A stretch of DNA of 30,281 bases, from the IMG/VR virus record IMGVR_UViG_3300025066_000108, positions 1 through 30,281 of that record; one strand, 5' to 3'. Within the stretch, counting starts at the first letter, position 1, and every line of letters begins with the position of its first letter. This document shows positions 15,687 to 24,278 of the stretch, piece after piece. Both the position numbers and the translations under genes were made by a program. The DNA is from a virus. Its lineage: Duplodnaviria > Caudoviricetes. The notes beneath the pieces are model-generated. The model had not been told where the DNA came from and searched no databases. It was given only the letters and a program-made list of their open reading frames with translations.

Positions 15687-16897
15687 CTCACATTCAAAGA
15701 TGCTCCCGCCTTTGCAATTCCTTCATTTGAATACTCTGTGTACGAACCACCAAAGTTTTCACCACCTGCACCTGAATCCCAAACGCAGTCACCTGTATCT
15801 GGGTCAGTTACATCATCCGAAGTAAGTATTTGTGCATAGTCGCTGTGGAATGTCCAGTTTGCATATTGGCAACCACAAAAGTCATCACAACAGTATGCAC
15901 CACTTGCACCATAATAATCTGCAAAAATAACTATTGTGTAAGAATAAGAGTTTGGTTTGGTGTATTGAAACTCAACAGCGTTGTCCGTTATATCATACCA
16001 ACCCGAATCTTCACCAAAAGAATCATCACCAGTTCCATCGCCCAACCTCAAATTGCGCCACAAGTTTTTGTTTGATGTTTCTCCAACACCCCGAATTGCG
16101 ACATCTTCGTTTAATTCAAGACCTTCATATAACTCGCCAAGTTCGTTTGTTGCAATTGCAAACTCGTCACCATACACTTTATTTTCTGGCGAACCTGTGT
16201 CCCACTCTTTTGCTACATACCAACGCACTTGCAAGTTTGAAGATTGTGTTTTTCTTGCAAATATCTTTCTCAACCCTTTTGCGTATGACGAACATCCATC
16301 CACTTCAACAGGATAACCAATGAAAGTTTCTGGTGTGCCTTTGATAGAAACACTGCTTGCGTACCAATCTGCATCAATGGTAGATGTTCCGTTGCTACTT
16401 TGTTGAATATAACCTGCTGCACCCATAGTTGTACTTGCTACATCATCATAAGTAAAAGTTGGGTAGCAATTAGTATAACCAAATGTTCCCGTGCTGAAAC
16501 ACTTAACTGCATACTCCTCTGCACCACTTCCATCACAACCCCAATCACTTCCAGAAGAACATGGTGGGTCTGTACAACTATCAGATGATTGGCAACTTGT
16601 CCAATACTCAGATGCGTTGCATGATGTTGGGTCAGAAGAAACCTTTGCTGTTCCTGATTCAGAATGTGTCAATGGGTCACTGTCGCAATAGGTTGTTGAC
16701 TTGCTGCACGCTGTTGGCACTCGAAAAACTAAACTACTCGCATTTATACTAATTGAGTTATCAAAAACGCCTTGCGTTGCATCTATGTTGTGAGCAGTCC
16801 CGCTAATATCTTGCAGCCAATTTACAGACTCAGTTGAATAAGTTGTAGGTGAACAGCAATTGGTACACGGTTGGATTGTTGCTCGATTATAAGACAT
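15683..16897 (-). CDS. Cys-rich acidic tail-tip/virion protein
   Basis: 404 aa, S/T/G/D-rich with CTNCC, CQSSDSC and CCDDFCGC clusters; located in the tail module. Confidence 0.65.
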   Translation of the reverse strand: MSYNRATIQPCTNCCSPTTYSTESVNWLQDISGTAHNIDATQGVFDNSISINASSLVFRVPTACSKSTTYCDSDPLTHSESGTAKVSSDPTSCNASEYWTSCQSSDSCTDPPCSSGSDWGCDGSGAEEYAVKCFSTGTFGYTNCYPTFTYDDVASTTMGAAGYIQQSSNGTSTIDADWYASSVSIKGTPETFIGYPVEVDGCSSYAKGLRKIFARKTQSSNLQVRWYVAKEWDTGSPENKVYGDEFAIATNELGELYEGLELNEDVAIRGVGETSNKNLWRNLRLGDGTGDDSFGEDSGWYDITDNAVEFQYTKPNSYSYTIVIFADYYGASGAYCCDDFCGCQYANWTFHSDYAQILTSDDVTDPDTGDCVWDSGAGGENFGGSYTEYSNEGIAKAGASLNVS

Positions 16898-16905
16898 GGG
16901 TTTTC

Positions 16906-17589
16906 CTATGAAGTGGTGTCAAACGTTACTATATTTTCATCGCTATCTATAAACTTGGGGTCACCATCTGTGCCGATATAAATATAACCATAGGTTGATT
17001 CGGCAGGAATTGCAGGAGTATCTATTCCATCTGTAACTGCCAAGGCTGTTGTGTTACAAATGCCGTCATGCTCATTTACTGCACTGAAAACATATCGCGG
17101 TACTGTTTCTGTGTTCCTACCAGAAACCCTTGTAAGCATAACTATTACGTCACCAATAGACACTTCACAGCCTGTACCAGAACAACTACCACCACCCATT
17201 GCCTGCATCGTCCAACCTGATGGATATGAACCTGTCATTGAAACACCTGCGCTTGTAAATGTAGAAGTGTTTGCAATTTCTATTAAGTTTACCGCAGCAA
17301 AATCATACTCATCTGTGTCACCCGTAGATGTTTTTCCATCTGTAACAACTGACCAAGAATTGTCATCATTCAAAACAACTTGTCTCCAAGCATAAATGTA
17401 TCGGTTCGGGTCAATACACTTTGCCTTTGTCAACTCTACAAGGTAGGGTTTGTTTATTGTGCTTGATAATTTTCCTGTTTCATCTCTCGTACCTTCCTCA
17501 TAATTACGCAGCATGTTCATGATTCTACGCCAGAGGTCAGGAGTCAAGAGCCCTAAACCACGCTCAATAATTGGGTACTGACCTGTCAT
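16906..17589 (-). CDS. Putative tail-tip/baseplate protein
   Basis: 227-aa ORF, second gene after tape measure; ATGA overlap. Confidence 0.65.
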   Translation of the reverse strand: MTGQYPIIERGLGLLTPDLWRRIMNMLRNYEEGTRDETGKLSSTINKPYLVELTKAKCIDPNRYIYAWRQVVLNDDNSWSVVTDGKTSTGDTDEYDFAAVNLIEIANTSTFTSAGVSMTGSYPSGWTMQAMGGGSCSGTGCEVSIGDVIVMLTRVSGRNTETVPRYVFSAVNEHDGICNTTALAVTDGIDTPAIPAESTYGYIYIGTDGDPKFIDSDENIVTFDTTS

Positions 17590-18575
17590 GGTGCAAACTG
17601 AAAACTGGTTGTGTTTGGAAAAGGTTGTTTCAAAAAGATTTTAAGCGTGCCGTCTGATTCTGGTTTGAGTTCGCCATCACTATCGCGGTTTGGCACTTCA
17701 CGCATATGGCTCCACTCATCCCACGCGAAGTTGTAAGTTATGTCCCAAGAATAAGCACCCTGTCTTTGCACACTCATTCCAGTAAACAAGACACTTCCAG
17801 TATCAAAACCATAAAAAGGTGATGCGTTTCTTTTTCCCGCTTTTAAGTTTGTGTTGTTTAGAGAATAATACTCGCCACCTTGACTTTCAGAAAGTGCAAT
17901 TGTTGTTATTGGTATTGGTATGGTTATAGGCTCGCCACCAACGTGGACAACCGTGCCGTCACCCGCAGGGATTTCATAGCCATCAGCACCACCCTGTGAA
18001 CCTGCATAAGGAATGGTTGGACTGCCAACATAACCGTCAACAAGTGCAACACTAGCATTGATTGAAACACCTGTGAAAGTTCGTTCTGCTGCGCCACCTG
18101 TTCCATCTTCTGATGGTTCATCTTCTTCTACACCATCGTCACCTTCTTCTGCATCACCACCGCCCGAACCACCACCGCCGCCGCCGCCACCGCCGCCACC
18201 GCCGCCACCGCCTGTTGGTGGGTCAAATACATCGTCCTCATCGCTACCGTTGTCTGTGTTATCTCCTTCGCCATCGTAAGGGTCATCATCGCCACCCGCA
18301 TCAGTGGACTCTGTTGGCTCTGCATATTGCCATGAAAGTTCCCAAGTTTCTTTTCGTTCACGCGATGCTGAGATAGTAAAACTGTTTGCATAAATCCCTG
18401 AAATATCTGGATGCCCATCGCTAAATGAAACGCCTTCTTCGTAATTCACTGCATCTTCCAAAGATAAAAACTCGCCTGCATCATCATAAATCAAAAAAGT
18501 TCTTGATGCTGTGTACACACTTGCATTCCTCGTTACACTTCTGCTGCCCATGAGTTCAATGTACTGTATGGTCAT
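17586..18575 (-). CDS. Putative distal tail protein with an acidic/poly-Gly insertion
   Basis: Immediately downstream of tape measure (ATGA overlap); beta-rich; internal G15-S-G3 tract. Confidence 0.65.
   Translation of the reverse strand: MTIQYIELMGSRSVTRNASVYTASRTFLIYDDAGEFLSLEDAVNYEEGVSFSDGHPDISGIYANSFTISASRERKETWELSWQYAEPTESTDAGGDDDPYDGEGDNTDNGSDEDDVFDPPTGGGGGGGGGGGGGGGSGGGDAEEGDDGVEEDEPSEDGTGGAAERTFTGVSINASVALVDGYVGSPTIPYAGSQGGADGYEIPAGDGTVVHVGGEPITIPIPITTIALSESQGGEYYSLNNTNLKAGKRNASPFYGFDTGSVLFTGMSVQRQGAYSWDITYNFAWDEWSHMREVPNRDSDGELKPESDGTLKIFLKQPFPNTTSFQFAP
18156..18212 (-). repeat. (GGY)n trinucleotide tract encoding G15-S-G3
   Basis: Mixed GGC/GGT codons; plus strand shows CCG/CCA repeats. 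Confidence 0.9.
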
Positions 18576-20983
18576 GTCAAAGGACTCCCACTGCCACCAG
18601 ACATAATAGCGGTTTGCGTTTTTAGTTCAGTTAGTTCTTGCCAATTCGCAGCACGCACTTCACCAAGCAAGTATTCTGTGTGTGTCATGTCACTGCTTGG
18701 AATGTTTAATGTTGCACTCTCTACACCGTTTGTAATTATATTTTGCAAACCACCCCAACTAATTCCAACACTTAGGTTACCAAGTTTAGATAAGATGCTA
18801 TCCGCCTTTGATGCAGTAACACTTGATGATTCTGCACTTTCAGAAGTTGTTGAAGATATTGCACTGGTCAATGCTTGCATATTTTCTGCAACACGTAAAG
18901 ACTTTTCTGCAATCTGTTCTGTTTTTGAAACTTGACCCGCAACCTTGACTGTTCCAAGTGCAGTCTGCAATCCTTCAATTACTCCCTTCGTGACGATGTT
19001 TATTTCTAAATCATCTGCTGTTTTTTCTTTCAGTTTTGCAAGTGCTTTATCGTATTGTTCCAATGTCAACAATGATTTCTTTTTCATTTCTTGTAACTTT
19101 GATTGCTCATCATTAAATACTTCCATCGGTGAACGCAGCGATTTAATTATGCTTTCAGCAGCAGACTTTAATCTTTCTGCATCTTGTTCTGTTTGCTTTG
19201 TTGCATCTTCCTGTGCTTTTTGATTGTCTTTCAATGCTTGCAGTTTCAATTCAAGTGCTAGTGTTCCATTGATAACTTCCGAGTTTACATCTGCGTTAAC
19301 TGCTTTTGCAATTAGCATTTCTGCATTTGACATGCCAAAATACTTAATCTGTTCCTCTAACTTAGCATTCAACTTAGTTCCCGAATCAATCAAGTCCATC
19401 TGTGTATCGTTAAGTTTGTCAGTTTCCTCAACAACTTTTTCTACAACTTTTGGTACACCTGCTTCAAATACACCTTCCATCCCCACCATTACTGCTGCGC
19501 CTGCTGTTTCACCTACGGCACTCATGCCCTCTGCCAATGCTCCCATATTTTTATATGGTGCAATCAACCCTTCACCAAAAGCAGCGTTAAAGTTTGCACC
19601 TGCATCTGCACCTGCTTGGACTGTATCCGCAGCCCAATCTTCTATCCATCCTTCAAGTTTTTCAATACCAGACCTGTCGGCAGTCCCACCAAAAAACTCC
19701 TTGACAGCAGCACCCGCTTCAACCAAGTTCTTTACAAGAACCATAACTGATGTCAGAAGACCATTAAACAACGTCTTGATACCGTTTACTGCGAAAGCAC
19801 CAATTTCATAAAATCGTTTAAACTTGTCAGTGATAAAGATGATAATTGAACCAACTGCAACTAGCACCCACCTGAAAGCGTTCATGCCTGCTTCTGCTTC
19901 TGCTGTTGATTGTTTTGTTCTACCCATTGATTCAGTTAAGATGTTTACAAAGTCCGTTGCTGCTTGCACAGCATCACGCATTGTTGGTGAAAGTTGTTCA
20001 CCAATTGCAACCTTCAATCCACTTACAGCAGATTCAAAAAGCGTTACATCACCTGCAAGTGTGTCCAAACGTGTTTTTGCCATCGTATCAACAACATCTG
20101 CTGCTTCTTCCATTGCAACTGTTAGTTCTTTTGTTTCATCTACAACGCCTGACAAAACACCCGCAGCCGTCACACCAATCTTGCCAAACTTTTCCATGTT
20201 TTCTGTAACACTGTGTTGTGCTTCAAGATAATCATAAAAAGCCTGCGTTCCTTCTTTTTCAATTGTTGACCCAAGTTTTAACATCATGGTACGTAATGCA
20301 GTACCACCTTTTGAGTTTTTAATACCTGCATCTGCCAACTTGCCAAGCATTGCAGTTGTTTCTTCAATACTAAAACCAAGTTGGTTTGCAACTGGTGCAA
20401 CATAAGACATGGCATCGCCAAGACCTTCAACGGTTGTGTTTGTCTTACTTGCAGCAAGTGCAAGAACGTCTGCAACGTGTGCTGTTTCTGATGCCTCTAA
20501 ACCAAAGCCACGCACTGCAACTGCTGCAATGTCTGCTGCTGTTGCAAGTTCCATTCCTGTTGCACTTGCTAAGTTAAGAACGGCAGGTGTTGCAGCAAGT
20601 ATTTCATTGGTAGCAAAACCTGCACGTGCTAAGTTTGCCATTCCACCTGATGCTTCTTCCGCAGTGAATGCAGTTGTAGCACCTAACTTCTTCGCCGAAT
20701 CTTCCAATTTCGCAAAATCTGAATCACTCACATCCGTTAAAATAGATTTCACTTCTGCCATCCCCGCTTCAAATGCCATAAACTCTTTTAGTGCAGCACC
20801 AAGCACTTTAACAGTTAATGCAATTGCAGCCGTCAATCCTGCGAATGCAGCCGTTGCCAAACCCGCAGGGCTTGCAGCAAACTTACCAAACTTGCCCAAC
20901 ATGCCTTTGGCTTTACCGAGACCTTTGGAAAGACCACTGGTGTTAGACTTTACGTTAATCCAAAGATTGCCTATTGTCGCCAT
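18572..20983 (-). CDS. Tail tape measure protein (TP901-family core)
   Basis: 803 aa, Ala-rich; AKKLGATTAFTAEEA..GM.NLARAGF...ILAATPAVLNLA..T, ADVLA.AA..TNT.V..LG.AM.YVAP. Confidence 0.95.
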   Translation of the reverse strand: MATIGNLWINVKSNTSGLSKGLGKAKGMLGKFGKFAASPAGLATAAFAGLTAAIALTVKVLGAALKEFMAFEAGMAEVKSILTDVSDSDFAKLEDSAKKLGATTAFTAEEASGGMANLARAGFATNEILAATPAVLNLASATGMELATAADIAAVAVRGFGLEASETAHVADVLALAASKTNTTVEGLGDAMSYVAPVANQLGFSIEETTAMLGKLADAGIKNSKGGTALRTMMLKLGSTIEKEGTQAFYDYLEAQHSVTENMEKFGKIGVTAAGVLSGVVDETKELTVAMEEAADVVDTMAKTRLDTLAGDVTLFESAVSGLKVAIGEQLSPTMRDAVQAATDFVNILTESMGRTKQSTAEAEAGMNAFRWVLVAVGSIIIFITDKFKRFYEIGAFAVNGIKTLFNGLLTSVMVLVKNLVEAGAAVKEFFGGTADRSGIEKLEGWIEDWAADTVQAGADAGANFNAAFGEGLIAPYKNMGALAEGMSAVGETAGAAVMVGMEGVFEAGVPKVVEKVVEETDKLNDTQMDLIDSGTKLNAKLEEQIKYFGMSNAEMLIAKAVNADVNSEVINGTLALELKLQALKDNQKAQEDATKQTEQDAERLKSAAESIIKSLRSPMEVFNDEQSKLQEMKKKSLLTLEQYDKALAKLKEKTADDLEINIVTKGVIEGLQTALGTVKVAGQVSKTEQIAEKSLRVAENMQALTSAISSTTSESAESSSVTASKADSILSKLGNLSVGISWGGLQNIITNGVESATLNIPSSDMTHTEYLLGEVRAANWQELTELKTQTAIMSGGSGSPLT

Positions 20984-21324
20984 TACTTGTATGCCTCTTT
21001 TGGTGCTTGTCCTGTCATTGCTTGCAGTATGTTTTGCATTTCATCTTCTTCCATTACTTTATCTTGTGCATGTTCGCCAACTGCCATGAAATCCTTTGGT
21101 GAGAATGATTTACTGTGCTTTGTTCGGTTACAGTTTGCAATCGTTGAAGCAATAATTCCCGCAGGTAAATCAGCAGACCTAAAATAACCAAATGGTTCAA
21201 TCGAATAAAATGCAGCCCATTCACTAAGTTCCTTGCTATCCATAGAAGCCAACAACTGCCTGACAGTCATGCCAAGTTCTAGTGCCAGAGTAAAGTAAAA
21301 ACGCCGTTCTGGACGGCTCTTTAA
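20983..21324 (-). CDS. Tail assembly chaperone C-terminal extension (gpT-like), reached by -1 frameshift
   Basis: -1 frame is open from the slippery site: LKSRPERRFYFTLALELGMTVRQLLASMDSKELSEW... Confidence 0.85.
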   Translation of the reverse strand, partial: LKSRPERRFYFTLALELGMTVRQLLASMDSKELSEWAAFYSIEPFGYFRSADLPAGIIASTIANCNRTKHSKSFSPKDFMAVGEHAQDKVMEEDEMQNILQAMTGQAPKEAYK

Positions 21325-21680
21325 TTTTTTGCCAAGTCCTCAACATCTTCGTTCCCAAGCCCATTCAACTTTTGTGCCACTGAGAAAATTAAGTCAAGAC
21401 ACATTGCAGACTTCTTACCAAGTGCATCAATATCCCGCGCATCAAATAACCGTTCACCTGTTTCATTGCAAATTGTAAGAACACACAAGCGCGCACGGAT
21501 ATTTTCCATGTTCACACCACTGTTCTTACCCTTGCTTTTTATGCAACTGGCTTCAAATTGGTCACGTTCCGTACCAGTTAAAGTCCTCACCCAAACGCTT
21601 CCACCCCATTGTTCAACTTCTACTTCTTCACGTGGTAGGTCATCGCTATTGAGAATTGCCTTTTTGTCAAGCACGGTCAT
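21321..21680 (-). CDS. Tail assembly chaperone (gpG-like)
   Basis: EEVEVEQWGGSVWVRTLTGTERDQFE...GERLF pattern; lies between tail tube and tape measure. Confidence 0.88.
   Translation of the reverse strand: MTVLDKKAILNSDDLPREEVEVEQWGGSVWVRTLTGTERDQFEASCIKSKGKNSGVNMENIRARLCVLTICNETGERLFDARDIDALGKKSAMCLDLIFSVAQKLNGLGNEDVEDLAKN
21324..21330 (-). other. -1 ribosomal frameshift slippery heptamer A AAA AAT
   Basis: GCA AAA AAT TAA at the end of the chaperone gene; fits X XXY YYZ. Confidence 0.8.
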
Positions 21681-21693
21681 GCTCCTTGTTTGA

Positions 21694-22089
21694 TTATGCG
21701 GATGGGAAGGTTATTGAATCTGTAATTTTCATTCCGAGACTTGCTGTTACAACGGAATCCATTGCAGCAGTAATTGAAAAACTTGTAATGATTGCACTAA
21801 ACTCTGTTTCTTTTGTGTCACTGTACACAACTTTGATGTCTTTCGCTGTTCCATCAATCGCTGCTTCAATTGTTAAGTGCGAAGTTGATGCGGGGTCATA
21901 ATTGATTTCAAACGTGCATTCACCACCATCTTTGATTCCACCAATAAATGTTCGCCACGTTGAATCAAGGTTGCTTGTATCCAAAGTTGCCAAACTTAAT
22001 GACATTGGTGAGATGGAAGTAACATCTGCAAGGGCTGTTGTACCCCCATCAATACTTATTGTTGTCGTGTTTCCTGTAATCGCTGCCAT
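21694..22089 (-). CDS. Major tail (tube) protein
   Basis: LDTSNLDSTWRTFIGGIKDGGECTFEINYDP motif; AGGAG RBS. Confidence 0.9.
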   Translation of the reverse strand: MAAITGNTTTISIDGGTTALADVTSISPMSLSLATLDTSNLDSTWRTFIGGIKDGGECTFEINYDPASTSHLTIEAAIDGTAKDIKVVYSDTKETEFSAIITSFSITAAMDSVVTASLGMKITDSITFPSA

Positions 22090-22110
22090 TTTCCTGCTCC
22101 TGTTTTCTTG

Positions 22111-22521
22111 CTAATCAGAGTACCATACTATGTAACTACTTTCAATAATCGAAACGCCTCGACTATTGCCAATTTGAGAATCTTCAACAATCCCTATATC
22201 ATTATCGTGGACAAGGGATTTGATAGCCACGCCATTTGTGGGAGTTCCTGTATATCCATTTAAGGCATCAAGCACGTGGGCTGCCAAAGTCTTTGCCCCA
22301 CCATAAGTTGTTGCAACATTGCTTATGGTCAATTCTGCACGTGTCATTCCACCGTAGCCATCAAGGTCTTGTTCTGGCTCTGTGCCATCCAATTCATAAA
22401 CAATTGCAGGGAATGTTGTGCCTTGTTGTCGAATCCAAGGGAATACCCTTGTGCTAACCAATGCACTTACATCTGAATCGGCAATCAATATGCTGCGTAT
22501 TCCTTGTTCAAGACTTGCCAT
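22111..22521 (-). CDS. Tail terminator (DUF3168-like)
   Basis: VSALVSTRVFP......FPAIVY pattern; synteny. Confidence 0.85.
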   Translation of the reverse strand: MASLEQGIRSILIADSDVSALVSTRVFPWIRQQGTTFPAIVYELDGTEPEQDLDGYGGMTRAELTISNVATTYGGAKTLAAHVLDALNGYTGTPTNGVAIKSLVHDNDIGIVEDSQIGNSRGVSIIESSYIVWYSD

Positions 22522-23039
22522 CAGTTCACCGACCTAATCTTTTGGAGTTCGCGTGCCAATGCTCTTTGGAATATCCTCTTTGCTTTTGGTGTTGTCACAT
22601 CAAATCCTTCATCAGCCATGTGTTGTGCTTTCATCCTGCCCACATTCATCTTCCTTGCACGTTGCCTGTAACCACGTTTCTTCAAACCCCACTTGTCTTT
22701 CACAAACCTGTCACCTGTGCCGTGTTCAACCAAGTGTGCATGCCAACCATTCCTGCCTGATTTCCTGCCAAAGTACATACGCCCTTTGATGAAAAACTTT
22801 TTCATTATCTTAACATCGGTTGTGACGGACTTTCTCAATATGCCTGTTCGTTTTGGTGTTCGCTTTCGTACTTCTTTGCGATATTCGGCAACGGTTTTCC
22901 GCACTGCCTTCTTCATAACCTTCTTGTTTATCCTTCGTTCAAGTTTGGTCAACGCCCTATCAATTTCTTTTATGCCAGAAACAGAACCCGCTTTTTCGGT
23001 AATGCCCAATCCCAATCCTCTGCCTTTACTTCCAAGCAT
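22521..23039 (-). CDS. HK97 gp10-like tail-completion protein
   Basis: Basic; GIKEIDRAL..L...P.RTG.LRKS...WHAHLVEHGT. Confidence 0.85.
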   Translation of the reverse strand: MLGSKGRGLGLGITEKAGSVSGIKEIDRALTKLERRINKKVMKKAVRKTVAEYRKEVRKRTPKRTGILRKSVTTDVKIMKKFFIKGRMYFGRKSGRNGWHAHLVEHGTGDRFVKDKWGLKKRGYRQRARKMNVGRMKAQHMADEGFDVTTPKAKRIFQRALARELQKIRSVN

Positions 23040-23040
23040 A

Positions 23041-23367
23041 TTAGTTAGATTCCTCTTTGCATTGAAGTTGCATAAACTCGTTGCGTTCTTCGTGGTTTAG
23101 CACAGATACAATTCCAAATATCCTAGCACCAAACAGTAGACGTTTCTTTGGTGTTGCATTTGCCGTGTAACGTATGAAAATGCGGTGGGTAATAATCCCC
23201 GCCTGACCTTCACCAATGTCCACTTCGTTGCCACCTGTTGGCTCTATCGAAGCCCAAACGGTTTCATCGGTTGACCAACTCGCAGTAGGTTCGCCATACG
23301 AATCAACCGCAGTGCTTTCGGTTTGAATAGAAACCCTGTGGCGTAATTTGCCTGCAAGCAGTGCCAT
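23041..23367 (-). CDS. Head closure / head-tail adaptor (SPP1 gp16-like)
   Basis: AGKLRHRVSIQ.....DSYGE....W....TVWASIEP..G.E...THRIFIRY. Confidence 0.92.
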   Translation of the reverse strand: MALLAGKLRHRVSIQTESTAVDSYGEPTASWSTDETVWASIEPTGGNEVDIGEGQAGIITHRIFIRYTANATPKKRLLFGARIFGIVSVLNHEERNEFMQLQCKEESN

Positions 23368-23369
23368 TG

Positions 23370-23993
23370 TTAATTTACCTCTGGTACTTTGTTTACTGCA
23401 ACAATCATCTGCAAGCCCAAGGGCAAATCCTTCACGTTGCCAATTGTGGTTGCTTCCCTGTTATTGTAAAAGTGACCAACAAACATTCTGTGACCAACCA
23501 CAAATCCTTGTGGTATCTCACCACGCGATGCGTACCCTGCTATGTATTCAACTTCAACTTTATTGAATACACTTGCAGTTGGTGTGCTGCCTGTGGTTGG
23601 GTATGACTCACTTTCAATTGGCAGTATTTCCGCAGGCATTTTGCCAAGCGTACTTACCTCATACAACGAGTTTGACCACGTTTGTTGCGTGCCATCGCTG
23701 TCCACGTACTTGATACTTGTAACGCTAATGAGTGGTGGTCTTGGCAATCGCATTGGTGTGCCTTCGGGCGGAAAGCCATTGAAGTACACTTTCATTGTTT
23801 GCTGCAACATTGTTGTGTTCGTCAAATCTTCAAGCAGGTTTTGACATGCCATGCCGATGTAAGCAATTTCAGTATCTTCATCAGACGTATCAACACGCAA
23901 CCAACTTTTTAAGTCTGCTGTTGTTGATGAACACTCTGTGCTTGGGGTGCTTACGTGGAAACGCTCATAGGAATATGGGGATTGATAAACCAT
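23370..23993 (-). CDS. Head-tail connector (gp6 / phiE125 gp8-like)
   Basis: LKSWLRVD..EDT.I...LPRPPLISVTSIKY.D.DG..QT...EYIAGY...VGHFYNNRE. Confidence 0.9.
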   Translation of the reverse strand: MVYQSPYSYERFHVSTPSTECSSTTADLKSWLRVDTSDEDTEIAYIGMACQNLLEDLTNTTMLQQTMKVYFNGFPPEGTPMRLPRPPLISVTSIKYVDSDGTQQTWSNSLYEVSTLGKMPAEILPIESESYPTTGSTPTASVFNKVEVEYIAGYASRGEIPQGFVVGHRMFVGHFYNNREATTIGNVKDLPLGLQMIVAVNKVPEVN

Positions 23994-24193
23994 TATTCTT
24001 CTTCAACTGCTTGTTCAAGGTCATGTGGTTTTGTAACTGCTCTTTGTTTTTTCTTGCTTGATGAACCTTTGGCAACAACCAAACCTTTTGAAAGTAAATG
24101 CTCTGCATATTCAGGGTCAAGTTCAATGACTCTACCCGCAGTTATGTGCCGTCCATCTTTTGCCATGCCGTTTTTAACACATTCATATTTCAT
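23993..24193 (-). CDS. Small head-associated protein
   Basis: AGRVIELDPEYAEHLLSKGLV pattern common after HK97 capsid genes; AGGAG RBS. Confidence 0.75.
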   Translation of the reverse strand: MKYECVKNGMAKDGRHITAGRVIELDPEYAEHLLSKGLVVAKGSSSKKKQRAVTKPHDLEQAVEEE

Positions 24194-24207
24194 TATTCAA
24201 TTCTCCT

Positions 24208-24250
24208 GCTACTGCGGGAAGGGTAGTTGCCTACCCCTCCCATGTGTAGC
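24208..24250 (-). other. Stable hairpin after the capsid gene (mRNA stabiliser or partial terminator)
   Basis: GCTAC..GGGAGGGGTAG-GCAA-CTACCCTTCCC..GTAGC; no U tract; abuts the next RBS. Confidence 0.65.
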
Positions 24251-24278
24251 GGTTTAGTAACCAATAAACTTATGGCTC

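Noticed and set aside
18058-18376. Poly-Pro and His/Arg-rich plus-strand ORFs
   Set aside because: They are alternative readings of the poly-Gly codon tract on the opposite strand.
19224-21089. Long plus-strand ORFs (19224..19811, 19824..20231, 20409..21089)
   Set aside because: Antisense shadows of the Ala-rich tape measure gene; no RBS or recognisable motifs.
24208-24250. Post-capsid hairpin as a classic intrinsic terminator
   Set aside because: No U tract follows; it is directly followed by the next gene's AGGAG, so it is kept only as a stabilising/attenuating hairpin.
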